NCBI GenBank assembly: GCA_963850905.1
Contig: CAWKMU010000003.1
Location: 1,856,001-1,920,000, forward strand
Source of the DNA: an uncultured Gemmatimonadales bacterium
GTDB lineage: Bacteria; Gemmatimonadota; Gemmatimonadetes; Gemmatimonadales; Gemmatimonadaceae
Length of the DNA stretch: 64,000 nucleotides
Reading direction: 5' to 3'
Below the pieces are notes generated by a model. That model saw nothing but the letters and a program-made list of their open reading frames with translations. It ran no database searches and was not told the DNA's origin. Both the position numbers and the translations under genes were made by a program. This document shows, in pieces, positions 10,014 to 19,406 of the stretch; position 1 is the stretch's first letter, and each line of letters opens with the position of its first letter.

Positions 10014-11237
10014 ATGTCACAGCGTTCTCACGCCGCGTTGGCGCTGGCGGCCGGTGTCTTACTCGGCCCGCTCTCCCTTGGCGGTCAAATGACGCCGCGG
10101 CCGCGTGCACGCGATGTCGGGGTCGTCGTCGGCGTATTCACCCCCGGCCCCCTCAACGCAATCACCGACGTCGCGGGCGTCCGAGTGGGACACACGACGA
10201 TTGACGCGGGGGATACGATCCACACCGGTGTCACCGCCATTCTGCCACACGGCGGCAACGTCTTTCGAGAACGAGTGCCCGCCGCCCTTTTCGTGATGAA
10301 TGGCTTCGGGAAGCTCCTCGGCGTGACGCAGCTCCAGGAAAACGCGGAGCTCGAGACGCCGATTCTGCTCACCTGCACCCTGTGCGTATGGCGAGCTGCC
10401 GACGCGATGGTCGGCTGGCTCCTGGCACAACCCGATATGCAGGAGGTGCGGTCGATCAACCCCGCGGTCGGTGAGACCAACGATGGCGGTCTCAACGACA
10501 TCCGGCTGCGGCCAGTCACCGAGGCGGATGTGCGGTCCGCGCTCGAGCATGCCGCAACAGGCCCGGTTGCCGAAGGATCAGTGGGGGCGGGCCGCGGGAC
10601 CGAGGCCCTCGGCTGGAAAGGCGGGATCGGGACGAGCTCCCGGCGCCTCGCACAGCAGTACGGTTCGTATACCGTGGGCGTGCTCGTTCAGAGCAACTTC
10701 GGCGGAGTCCTCTCGATCAACGGGGCGCCGGTCGGTCGCGAGTTGGGGCGCTATGCGTTCCAAACGGCGCTGGAGGGTCACACGCCGGCACCGCCCCAGA
10801 GTGAAGGACGGGGATCGTGCATGGTGATCGTCGCGACCGATGCGCCGCTCTCTTCGCACGACCTCGAGCGACTGGCCAAGCGCGCCGCGCTCGGCATCGG
10901 GCGAACGGGATCGTTTGCGTCCCCGGGGTCCGGTGAGTACGTCGTCGCATTCTCCACCGCGGAATCGGTTCGCCGACGGTACGTTCCGTACTCCCCGCAG
11001 CGACCCGCCATGCCCGTTTACACCTACGGAGAGCTCGGCCACGACGATCTCGCGCCCCTGTTTGAGGCGACCGTCGAAGCGACCGAGGAAGCCATTCTCA
11101 ACTCGATCTTCAAGGCGACGCCGGTGACGTATCGCGGTCGGACGGTCGATGCCCTCCCCATCGACCGCACGCTGTCGATTCTCGAGAAGTACCACGCATT
11201 GCATTGGGACCAGACACTGAAAAAAGGCGGGGCGTAA
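10014..11237 (+). CDS. dmpA: P1/DmpA-family (S58) aminopeptidase with signal peptide
   Basis: GPLNAITDVAGVRVGH, NGFGKLLG, ETNDG, KGGIGTSSR, and autoproteolytic G-S site GRGSCMVIVATDAPL. Confidence 0.92.
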   Translation: MSQRSHAALALAAGVLLGPLSLGGQMTPRPRARDVGVVVGVFTPGPLNAITDVAGVRVGHTTIDAGDTIHTGVTAILPHGGNVFRERVPAALFVMNGFGKLLGVTQLQENAELETPILLTCTLCVWRAADAMVGWLLAQPDMQEVRSINPAVGETNDGGLNDIRLRPVTEADVRSALEHAATGPVAEGSVGAGRGTEALGWKGGIGTSSRRLAQQYGSYTVGVLVQSNFGGVLSINGAPVGRELGRYAFQTALEGHTPAPPQSEGRGSCMVIVATDAPLSSHDLERLAKRAALGIGRTGSFASPGSGEYVVAFSTAESVRRRYVPYSPQRPAMPVYTYGELGHDDLAPLFEATVEATEEAILNSIFKATPVTYRGRTVDALPIDRTLSILEKYHALHWDQTLKKGGA

Positions 11238-11262
11238 GCGGTCGAGCTCGTCGCCCGGTAAA

Positions 11263-12996
11263 TTGGCGCCCATGATTGCTCCCTGCCCCCACCGTCGACG
11301 GCACCACCGCTACGCGTGTGTATCACATGCGGCTTTTGTCGCCGTGTGTGTCACCGTGCTGGTCCCCGGCCTGGTCCTCGCCCAGCAAGCCCCCGCGCGC
11401 GCCGATCTCATCGTCACCGGCGCCCGGATCTACACGGTCGACGCGGCGCATCCACGGGCCGACGCGCTGGTGATCCGAGGGGCGCGGCTGATGTTCGTGG
11501 GCTCGACGTCTGAGGCGATGACCCTCGCCGGACCGTCCACACGGGTCGTCGACGTGCACGGAGCCACCGTCATTCCGGGGATGACCGATGCCCATGCCCA
11601 CGTCCTAGAGATGGGGCGAGGATTGCAGCGCGCAGACCTTCGATTCGCGTCGTCCTTCGAGGAGGTAGTGCGTCGCGTTGCGGCCCACGCCCAGACGGCC
11701 GCGCCCGGCAGTTGGGTGTACGGCTGGGGATGGGACCAGAATCTGTGGCCGGGCGGGCACTTCCCCACGCACGAAGCCCTGGATCGTGCGCTCGGCGACC
11801 ATCCCGTCGCACTCGATCGAATCGATGGACACGCGGTGCTCGCCAATACACGCGCGATGCAGGCTGCGCACATTGATCGCAATACACCGGACCCCGCGGG
11901 TGGCAAGATCCTTCATGATGCGTCGGGCAATCCCACGGGCGTCTTCGTGGACAATGCGACGTCATTGATTACGCGGGCCGAGCCGGTGCCGACCCCCGCA
12001 GAGCTGCGGGCCGCGCTCCTCGCCGGCGTTCGGGAGTGTAACCGGTGGGGCATCACCGGCGTCCACGACCCCGGTGAAGGCCAACGAGCGCTCGAACAGT
12101 ACGACTCGCTCGCGCGGAGTGGGGCCCTGACACTCCGGGCCTACGTCATGATCGCGGACGACAGTGCGACCCTCGCGACCTACTTCGCCAAAGGTCCCCA
12201 GAGCGCACTCTACGACGGCCATCTCTGGATTCGGGCGGTCAAGCTGTACGCCGATGGTGCGCTGGGGTCGCGAGGCGCGGCGCTCCTCGCGCCGTACGCG
12301 GATGATCCGGGCAACACCGGCCTCATCGTCTCCACACCCGAGCACCTGCGTGACGTCTCGATCCGGGCGCTCCGCGCAGGATTCCAGGTCGCCACCCACG
12401 CCATTGGGGATCGCGGCAACCGGAATGCACTGGATGCGTACGAGGCGGCGCTCAAGGCCATCCCGACGGCGGACCACCGGTTCCGTATCGAGCATGCGCA
12501 GGTGATCGATCCCGCGGACATCCCGAGATTCGCGCAGCTCGGCGTGATCCCGAGCATGCAGGCGGTACATGCGACGAGTGACATGTACTGGGCCGCGGAT
12601 CGATTGGGCCCCTCGCGCGTGCTCTTTGCGTACGCATGGCGGTCGCTCCTCAATACCGGCGTCATCATCCCGGATGGCAGTGACATGCCAGTCGAACGGG
12701 TCAATCCTCTCTTTTCATTTCATGCGGCCGCGACGCGCCAGGACGATCGGGGCTGGCCGCCCGGCGGGTGGTTGCCGGCGCAGCGAATGACGCGCGAAGA
12801 GGCGCTGGAGGGCATGACCCTGTGGGCCGCATATGCCGGGTTCCAGGAGCACGACCTGGGGTCGCTCACGGCCGGCAAGTATGCGGACTTCGTCGTTCTC
12901 GATCGCGATATCATGACCGTCGGCGACAACGACATCCTCGGCACCAAAGTCCTCGCGACGTACGTCGGAGGACGGGCAGTGTATGAGGGGAACTAG
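11263..12996 (+). CDS. Amidohydrolase 3 family (YtcJ-like), secreted
   Basis: PGMTDAHAH, KLYADGALGSRGAALL, HAIGD, RIEHAQ, GSD, GKYADFVVLD. Signal peptide ending VLA-QQ; start uncertain. Confidence 0.92.
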   Translation: MAPMIAPCPHRRRHHRYACVSHAAFVAVCVTVLVPGLVLAQQAPARADLIVTGARIYTVDAAHPRADALVIRGARLMFVGSTSEAMTLAGPSTRVVDVHGATVIPGMTDAHAHVLEMGRGLQRADLRFASSFEEVVRRVAAHAQTAAPGSWVYGWGWDQNLWPGGHFPTHEALDRALGDHPVALDRIDGHAVLANTRAMQAAHIDRNTPDPAGGKILHDASGNPTGVFVDNATSLITRAEPVPTPAELRAALLAGVRECNRWGITGVHDPGEGQRALEQYDSLARSGALTLRAYVMIADDSATLATYFAKGPQSALYDGHLWIRAVKLYADGALGSRGAALLAPYADDPGNTGLIVSTPEHLRDVSIRALRAGFQVATHAIGDRGNRNALDAYEAALKAIPTADHRFRIEHAQVIDPADIPRFAQLGVIPSMQAVHATSDMYWAADRLGPSRVLFAYAWRSLLNTGVIIPDGSDMPVERVNPLFSFHAAATRQDDRGWPPGGWLPAQRMTREEALEGMTLWAAYAGFQEHDLGSLTAGKYADFVVLDRDIMTVGDNDILGTKVLATYVGGRAVYEGN

Positions 12997-13097
12997 ACGC
13001 TAGACGCTGGAAAACAAACCTCGACGGGCGGCCGTTGTGCACAGGGCCGATCTTCGAGGTTGCTCCAGCGTCCAGCGTCTAACGTCCAGCGTTTAGC
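12993..13097. repeat. GACGCTR heptamer / hairpin / inverted heptamer element
   Basis: CTAGACGCTAGACGCTGGA, stem AACCTCGA...TCGAGGTT with inner GGCC..GTGCAC..GGCC, then four inverted units (13066-13093). Contains the TAG stops of both convergent genes. Confidence 0.88.
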
Positions 13098-13588
13098 TCC
13101 CCCATATACTGCATTTCGTTCGTGCCAACGAAGCCCAACCGTTCGTACAGCCGCCGACCTTCCGCCAATGCGTGCAGCACCAGACTCGCTAATCCACGCT
13201 CTCGAGCCCACGTGAGCACGTGCTCCATCAATTCTCCCGCAATGCCGTGGCGGCGCCACGCGATCTCCGTGAACACATTGAGCACGAGACCTTGTTCCCC
13301 CGCGAGCAGACGCGTGCCAGTATGGTCTGGTCGTGGCAGGATCGGACGAATTTGCACGCCCGCACCCGCGATCACCGTGTCTCGCTCCCCAACAGGAACC
13401 GCAAACCAGCCTACATACTCGCCGGTCGGGATCGCGTGGGTGAAGTATTGCTGCGCGTGCCGGGCCAGGACCGGATACAGGTCGGCATCCAGCTGACCCA
13501 TCGCGCGGAACATCTCGGCTCGGTGTCGGGCCAAGACCTCGGCGTCCTCCACGGTCACTGGCCGCAACCGAACGTCGGCTGGTGGCAT
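13079..13588 (-). CDS. GNAT family N-acetyltransferase
   Basis: LNVFTEIAWRRHGIAGELM (acetyl-CoA motif A) and LHA..EGRRLYERLGF. Confidence 0.88.
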   Translation of the reverse strand: MPPADVRLRPVTVEDAEVLARHRAEMFRAMGQLDADLYPVLARHAQQYFTHAIPTGEYVGWFAVPVGERDTVIAGAGVQIRPILPRPDHTGTRLLAGEQGLVLNVFTEIAWRRHGIAGELMEHVLTWARERGLASLVLHALAEGRRLYERLGFVGTNEMQYMGELNAGR

Positions 13589-13654
13589 CGGCGAGAAATT
13601 GGGGTGAAGGGCGAGTAGGCGACGAGCTGAAAGACGCCACACCCGGTGATGCCG

Positions 13655-14539
13655 CTACATCCCTGGGACAACGCAGCGCCCGTCGGGCGTCGTATATCCG
13701 TACGCCATCCGCGTCGTCGTGTGGGCGAAGCCGACGCTGCCTGCGCGGTCCATGAGGATGATGCCCCCGGTGCCGCGGCCGCGGTCCCGCAGGAGCGTCA
13801 GACACACCTCCGCGGCGTCGCGTGGCGACCGGCCCGCGCGCAGGAGGTCGACCGCGGTCTTGGACATGACGACGCGCATGATCGCTTCACCTTCCCCAGT
13901 CGCGGACGCCGCCCCCGCCTCACGGTCGGCGTAGCAGCCCGACCCGATGAGCGGAGAATCGCCCACACGGCCAGGATGCTTGAACAAGGTGCCGCCCGTC
14001 GATGTACCGGCGGCGAGCACACCATTTCCGTCGCAGGCTACCGCGCCGACTGTGCCCGTCGCCGACACCGGCGCGAAGTCCGTTTCGCCACGGCGCGGGT
14101 CTTCCCGGCAGCGCTGCCAGATCGTACGCTCCCGCTCGACGATGAGGTCTTGGGGGTCACACAGGGGCATGCCCTGCTCCCGCGCAAACTGTTCGGCGCC
14201 GCTTCCAACGATCATCATGTGCGGGCTGCGCTCGAGCACGCGACGGGCGAGGCGAATCGGGTTACGTACGCAGCTCACGGCAGCGACTGACCCCGCGTTG
14301 AGGGTGGTGCCATCCATGATGATCGCGTCGAGCTGGACCCCGCCGTCGCGATTCAGATGCGATCCCGTCCCCGCGTCGAAGATGGGGTCGTCCTCGAGCA
14401 CTACAATGGCCGCCTCCACGGCGTCCATCGCGGCGCCGCCCCGAGAGAGGACAGCCCACCCCGCCTGGAGCGCCCGCTCGCAGCCGCGCTGACAGTCGTC
14501 CACGGCGTCATCGGGGATGCGCCACGCGCCGCCATGCAC
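13655..14539 (-). CDS. iaaA: Isoaspartyl peptidase / L-asparaginase (Ntn hydrolase)
   Basis: HGGAW, LEDDPIFDAGTGS, GTVGAVA (catalytic Thr), TSTGG, GRVGDSP, TGEGE. The conserved N-terminus PTLVVHGG begins upstream of the first canonical start. Confidence 0.92.
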   Translation of the reverse strand: MHGGAWRIPDDAVDDCQRGCERALQAGWAVLSRGGAAMDAVEAAIVVLEDDPIFDAGTGSHLNRDGGVQLDAIIMDGTTLNAGSVAAVSCVRNPIRLARRVLERSPHMMIVGSGAEQFAREQGMPLCDPQDLIVERERTIWQRCREDPRRGETDFAPVSATGTVGAVACDGNGVLAAGTSTGGTLFKHPGRVGDSPLIGSGCYADREAGAASATGEGEAIMRVVMSKTAVDLLRAGRSPRDAAEVCLTLLRDRGRGTGGIILMDRAGSVGFAHTTTRMAYGYTTPDGRCVVPGM

Positions 14540-14608
14540 TACGAGGGTAGGGGGCCGCGTGGCGGCGTCGGCGGGCGGTCGCAGGTGAGTGTCTACGGTC
14601 TCGTGGCG

Positions 14609-15472
14609 CTACCGCGCGCGGTCCGCTATCACGAACACGTAGTCGCCGACTGGAATGTCCGCTGCGGCCGGTTCTCGCGTCTCGGGAAACGAGGCGTCAT
14701 GCATGACCGTGCGGACGCGACCGGAGGCAACGTCGCGGCGAAGGGCCGCGCACCCGGAAGCCTCTTCGTCGAGCGACGCCATCGTCGAGAAACTCCACAT
14801 GCCCGCCCGCACAGCGGGATTGAGATACAGCTCGGGCCGGTGCTTCCCGCTGTACAGGAAGAGATCCTCGACGTTGGGCGGCACGACATACGGCTCCGTC
14901 CGCACGTTGATGAACCCGGCGGCTCTCAGCGCATCGATGATCTGCTGCATCGGATGCGCCTGCGCGGCTACGCGAGCGACCATGTCTGGGAAGTACGCGC
15001 GAAGCCAATATCGGCGGATCTGGGCCGGCGTCGCGGTGAAAATGACCAGTGGCCCGCGCGTCAGCACCCGTCCCACCTCGAGAACCGACGCCTCGAGATC
15101 ATCGAAGTAGCGAAGGGCCAGCGTGCAGGTGGCGCCGTGGAACGCCCCGTCTTGAAACGGCAGTCGGCTCACGTCGCCCACGGCCCATTGCGGGCGACGC
15201 AGCCAGCGTGCGGGCGTGTCGCGCCGGGCTACTGCCGGCACCGATTTGCCAGCCGCCGCGGCAATCATCCGGGGTGAAGCATCCACCCCCGTCACCGAGA
15301 CTCCGGCGGTGGCCAACGCCCAGCTGTAGTTCCCCGTCCCGCAGGCCACGTCAATGTATCGCTCGTTCGGCGCTGGATCGAGATGGGCGAGCAGTCGCGC
15401 GACGATATAGGAGTCGGCGCGGCGCGTGGCGTCGTATGCGCTACCGATGCGGTCGTAGAGGGCTGCCGGCAT
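14609..15472 (-). CDS. Class I SAM-dependent methyltransferase
   Basis: YDRIGSAYDATRRAD, IDVACGTGNY (motif I), GVDASPRM, LPFQDGAF. Confidence 0.9.
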   Translation of the reverse strand: MPAALYDRIGSAYDATRRADSYIVARLLAHLDPAPNERYIDVACGTGNYSWALATAGVSVTGVDASPRMIAAAAGKSVPAVARRDTPARWLRRPQWAVGDVSRLPFQDGAFHGATCTLALRYFDDLEASVLEVGRVLTRGPLVIFTATPAQIRRYWLRAYFPDMVARVAAQAHPMQQIIDALRAAGFINVRTEPYVVPPNVEDLFLYSGKHRPELYLNPAVRAGMWSFSTMASLDEEASGCAALRRDVASGRVRTVMHDASFPETREPAAADIPVGDYVFVIADRAR

Positions 15473-15906
15473 GCTCGAATCGCAGAATTAGTGGCAATGA
15501 TGCATCGCGGGCACCGTCTCGCAATGCACATCGGGTCGCAAAGCGATTTTCTTACCGTCCATTGTCCCACGAGCGGATGCCGTAACGCACGGACGGCGCA
15601 CCCGGGGGTCACGGTGACAAGTCATCGTCCCGAAAGCGAATGTAACGTGATGTAACGATCGTGTATCGCGCAGGGCCGCGTATGGGCCCACCACAGGTTC
15701 ACGGTTTGAGACTCCCGCACCGCCCGGGCGCGACGGGTCCGTGGAATGCCTCGCATACACCAAAACGGGCACTTGTCAAGCGGGTACGGCGCCCCGTTAA
15801 GCCCCTGGAAAGCGTCCTTGCGCACCCACCATCGGGAAGGCGTACTTTGCCATGTGAGTGGCCGCCCACGCTGTGGGGCCGGCCGACACCCTTCAGAGGT
15901 CGTTGC

Positions 15907-16233
15907 ATGCTGACGGACGTAGCCCAGCTCCATTCCTCCCCCTCCAACCCGCCTCCAGTGCCTCGGAACACCGTTACAGAGGCGGTCGTCGACTTGGCGC
16001 GCCCACACGCTTCGAAGCTCGATCTCGTGGCTGCGCGAGGGCGCCTTCGGGACGCTCTGACGTCGTACGTGCGATCATTGCGGGCAAGCGGTGCGTCGCC
16101 GAGCAATGTATTTACGCACACAAACGCCCTCCTCCGGCAAGCCCTGTCCGGAATTGCGCCGGCCCGCCTCTCCGGGGAGATCCGTGACGCCGTCCGCCGA
16201 TGGGCGGTCGCGGCCTACGACCGGGCGGACTAG
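15907..16233 (+). CDS. Small helical hypothetical protein; paralog of 33096-33473
   Basis: 108 aa with RBS-like GAGGT. Shares RLR.A...Y.R..R..G and W...AYD.AD with the 33 kb ORF. Confidence 0.7.
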   Translation: MLTDVAQLHSSPSNPPPVPRNTVTEAVVDLARPHASKLDLVAARGRLRDALTSYVRSLRASGASPSNVFTHTNALLRQALSGIAPARLSGEIRDAVRRWAVAAYDRAD

Positions 16234-16371
16234 CGCCCTGCGCGCTAGCCAGTAGACGCACACCAGGTAGAGAGTAGGCCAGAGTCCAAACGCCCCGCTG
16301 GGCATTTAGGGGTCGCCTGGCATCGGGGGAATTGGACCAAGGGCGTACGGTGGCCCCGTGCCGGGGTCGGC

Positions 16372-16400
16372 TTGACGGCGTGTGATGCCGCCCGTACGAT
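16372..16400 (+). promoter_or_regulatory. Sigma70-type promoter of the S9 peptidase
   Basis: TTGACG, 17 nt, TACGAT; RBS GGAG before ATG 16437. Confidence 0.7.
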
Positions 16401-16436
16401 CTCAGCCCGATCAGAACCCATCGTCCGGAGCACATC

Positions 16437-18596
16437 ATGATTCGCCACTCGATGCCAGGCCGGCGCGCCGTGGTCCGCCTGAGTTGCGTGGTGTGGCTGG
16501 GCATCGCTACGCTCGCAGCCGCTCACAGTTCGCTTGCGCAAGAGACGCCGTCAGACACGTTGCTGACTGTCGGTCACTACTTCGATTTGGAGTCCGTTAG
16601 CGACCCGCAAATCTCGCCGGACGGCTCGCAGATCGTGTACACTCGGCGGTGGGTCAACACCACCGAAGACCGCTACGAGACATCGCTGTGGATCATGCGC
16701 TCGGACGGGACCCATGCCCGGGTCTTCGCCAAGGGCGGATCGCCGCGCTGGTCACCCGATGGCGCGCGCATCGCCTACCTCGCGGAAGGCGAGCCAAAGG
16801 GGTCGCAGATCTTTGTTCGCTGGGTGGAGGGTGACCCTGGTCCGACGCAGCTGACGCGAGCGGCCGCTGGATCCGACATCGCCGACATGAAGTGGGCACC
16901 CAATGGCAAGTCGATCGGGTTTACAATGTTCGTGGCCAAACCGACTTCGTGGGCCATCGACATGCCGAAGGCGCCCGACTCAGCGAAATGGACGAAGGCA
17001 CCCCGCATCGTGGAGACGCTGCACTTCCGCGAGGATCGACGCGGCTTCATCGAGGAGGGTTATCGCCATCTCTACGTCGTCGAGATCGAGGGCGGCCCGC
17101 CTCGTCAGGTGACACATGGAGATTGGAACGTCGGTGCCCGGTTCGATGCGCTGTCCGCGCCGGTGAACTGGGACTGGGCGCCGGACGGACGGACCATGTT
17201 CTTCGACGGGTCCGCGGACGCTGAAGGCGACTACCGGTATCGCGAGTCCAGCGTCTACGCCGTCGACGTCGCGACCGGCACGACGCGCCGCCTGACCAAC
17301 GATCCCGGAGTGTGGACCCATCCCGTGCCTTCGCCTGACGGCCGACGGATCGCCTACACGGGGTACGCGGCGACGAAGAAGACCTATCACGCGAGTGAGC
17401 TGTACGCGATGAACGCCGACGGCAGCGATGCGCACATCGTGACGGCAGCGCTTGACCGCGATGTCGGGGATCTGCACTGGGCGTCGGACAACAGCGGCGT
17501 CTATTTCACGAGTGAGGATCGCGGTACGCGGAACGTGCTGTTTGCGTCGCTGGCCGGCGCCACCGCGGTGCGCCCTGTCACGTCTGGCGAGCACCTGGTT
17601 TCGCTGGGGTCGATCGCCCGCTCCGGCGTGGGTGCCGCCACGGTCTCGACGTGGCGCACGCCCGGCGAGGTGGCGCGTCTCGAGCTCGGGAGTGCTACTG
17701 CAGCCCATGCCCACCCAGCTGGTGGCACTGGTACCCTGACGCAGTTGACGCACGTCAACGACGCCGCACTCTCGCGCATCCACTTGGGCGCGGTCGAGGA
17801 CATGTGGCTGACCTCGAGCGGCGGCGCGCGCGTCCAGGCGTGGGTGGTCAAGCCGCCCGGCTTTGATCCCAAGCTGAAATATCCGCTGATTCTCGAGATC
17901 CACGGCGGGCCGCACGGAGATTACAACATCGGATTCAACTACATGTTCCAGAACTTCGCGGCGAATAATTTCGTCGTGCTGTATGTCAACCCACGTGGCA
18001 GCACCGGGTACGGGTCTGCCTTCGGGGCCGCGATCAGTCAGGACTATCCGGGCGTCGACTACGACGACCTGATGGCGGCGGTCGACACGGTAGTCGGTCG
18101 CGGGTACGTCGACACGCGCAACATGTTCGTTGGCGGCTGCAGTGGTGGCGGTGTCCTGTCCAGCTGGGTCATCGGACATACAACACGGTTCGCGGCGGCT
18201 GCCGTGCGCTGCCCGGTGATCGACTGGATCAGCATGTCGGGTGAGACCGACATTCCGCTCTTCACCTTCGGCTGGTTCGACAAGCCGTATTGGGAAGACC
18301 CGAAGCCGTGGCTCGAACACTCATCGCTGATGTACGTCGGACATGTGACGACGCCCACCCTCATTATGACCGGGGAGCTCGATCGTCGCACCCCAATGCC
18401 CCAGAGTGAGGAGTACTACGTCGCGCTCAAGATGCGCCACGTCCCGACGACACTCCTGCGCTTCGAGGGTGAGTTCCACGGGACCGGTGGCATGAAGCCC
18501 ACGAACTTCCTCCGCACGCAGCTCTACATGATGAGCTGGTACAAGAAGTACATGACGACAACGACAACGGCGGCCGGAAAGGTCGGGGGGCAGTAG
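16437..18596 (+). CDS. S9 family peptidase (acylaminoacyl/dipeptidyl-aminopeptidase-like), secreted
   Basis: Signal peptide, beta-propeller repeats (SPDG), IHGGPH, NPRGSTGYG, nucleophile GCSGGG, D (ELDRRTP) and H (EFHG). Confidence 0.95.
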   Translation: MIRHSMPGRRAVVRLSCVVWLGIATLAAAHSSLAQETPSDTLLTVGHYFDLESVSDPQISPDGSQIVYTRRWVNTTEDRYETSLWIMRSDGTHARVFAKGGSPRWSPDGARIAYLAEGEPKGSQIFVRWVEGDPGPTQLTRAAAGSDIADMKWAPNGKSIGFTMFVAKPTSWAIDMPKAPDSAKWTKAPRIVETLHFREDRRGFIEEGYRHLYVVEIEGGPPRQVTHGDWNVGARFDALSAPVNWDWAPDGRTMFFDGSADAEGDYRYRESSVYAVDVATGTTRRLTNDPGVWTHPVPSPDGRRIAYTGYAATKKTYHASELYAMNADGSDAHIVTAALDRDVGDLHWASDNSGVYFTSEDRGTRNVLFASLAGATAVRPVTSGEHLVSLGSIARSGVGAATVSTWRTPGEVARLELGSATAAHAHPAGGTGTLTQLTHVNDAALSRIHLGAVEDMWLTSSGGARVQAWVVKPPGFDPKLKYPLILEIHGGPHGDYNIGFNYMFQNFAANNFVVLYVNPRGSTGYGSAFGAAISQDYPGVDYDDLMAAVDTVVGRGYVDTRNMFVGGCSGGGVLSSWVIGHTTRFAAAAVRCPVIDWISMSGETDIPLFTFGWFDKPYWEDPKPWLEHSSLMYVGHVTTPTLIMTGELDRRTPMPQSEEYYVALKMRHVPTTLLRFEGEFHGTGGMKPTNFLRTQLYMMSWYKKYMTTTTTAAGKVGGQ

Positions 18597-18599
18597 CAC

Positions 18600-18750
18600 G
18601 GGGTCTGGGACGGGCGCTACGCGCCCGAGAAAGGGGAGAGGAGAGAGGAGACGCCAACCACCCGGTCGGCTGTCGTCTCCTTTCTCCTTTCTGGTGTTCT
18701 CCTCTCTCGGGCGCGTGGCGCCCGTCCCAGACCCCAAACCCGAGACCCCG
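18600..18750. repeat. Long inverted-repeat element (GGGCGC-N3-GCGCCCGAGA family) with purine heptamer arms
   Basis: 18600-18630 and 18705-18735 are 30/31 reverse-complementary. Inner arms are AGGGGAG/AGGAGAG versus TCTCCTT repeats, followed by ACCCCAA/ACCCGAG heptamers. Confidence 0.9.
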
Positions 18751-18767
18751 CAGTTTAGTTTCACCAC

Positions 18768-19406
18768 ATGTCCTGGCTGGAACGTCTCGGTCACACGGCG
18801 CGAAACTACCTCGACCGCGCGCGGGAGGTCCCGGGGACCTATCACGTTCGCGGACTGCCGGTGGTTGTCGTCAATCCGCGGCCAGATATCGACACGGAAT
18901 TCGTCCTCGAGCGACTGGATCAGGCGCTTGCCCTGGTCGAGCGGTTTCAGCCCTGGCGGCTCGCCCATATGCGCCGCGATCTCCGCGCGGTATCGGTGGC
19001 GCCGTTCCCGTGTCGGGGGGCGTATTTCCCCACGGAGCGCACGGTCCTCACGGAGCTCAGCTTCCTCGCACGCTCGTCAGAATTCACGCCTGCGCAGGTC
19101 GCATCGTCGGTCGTGCACGAAGGAACGCATGCCAGGGTCCACCGCATGGGCGAGCGCCTCGGCTTCGACTGGGCGGGACGCGACATGGCGCGAGAGGAGC
19201 GACTCTGCCGCCGGTCCGAGCTGGCATTCGGTGAGGCGTTGCCGCCGGAGCTGGCCGGCCCGGTGATCGCGCGCGCCGTCCAATCGCTCGAGCTGACGGA
19301 CGCGGAAGTGGCACCGGTCGTGAATTGGACGGAGGCGCAGGCAGCGAAGGAGCGCTCGGATGCGGCTGCGATCGAGGCGTGGCGACGGCAACGAGGAGAC
19401 GGTTGA
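18768..19406 (+). CDS. Hypothetical protein with HExxH motif (putative zinc metallopeptidase)
   Basis: VVHEGTHARVH followed by downstream REERLC (candidate third ligand Glu). Confidence 0.75.
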   Translation: MSWLERLGHTARNYLDRAREVPGTYHVRGLPVVVVNPRPDIDTEFVLERLDQALALVERFQPWRLAHMRRDLRAVSVAPFPCRGAYFPTERTVLTELSFLARSSEFTPAQVASSVVHEGTHARVHRMGERLGFDWAGRDMAREERLCRRSELAFGEALPPELAGPVIARAVQSLELTDAEVAPVVNWTEAQAAKERSDAAAIEAWRRQRGDG

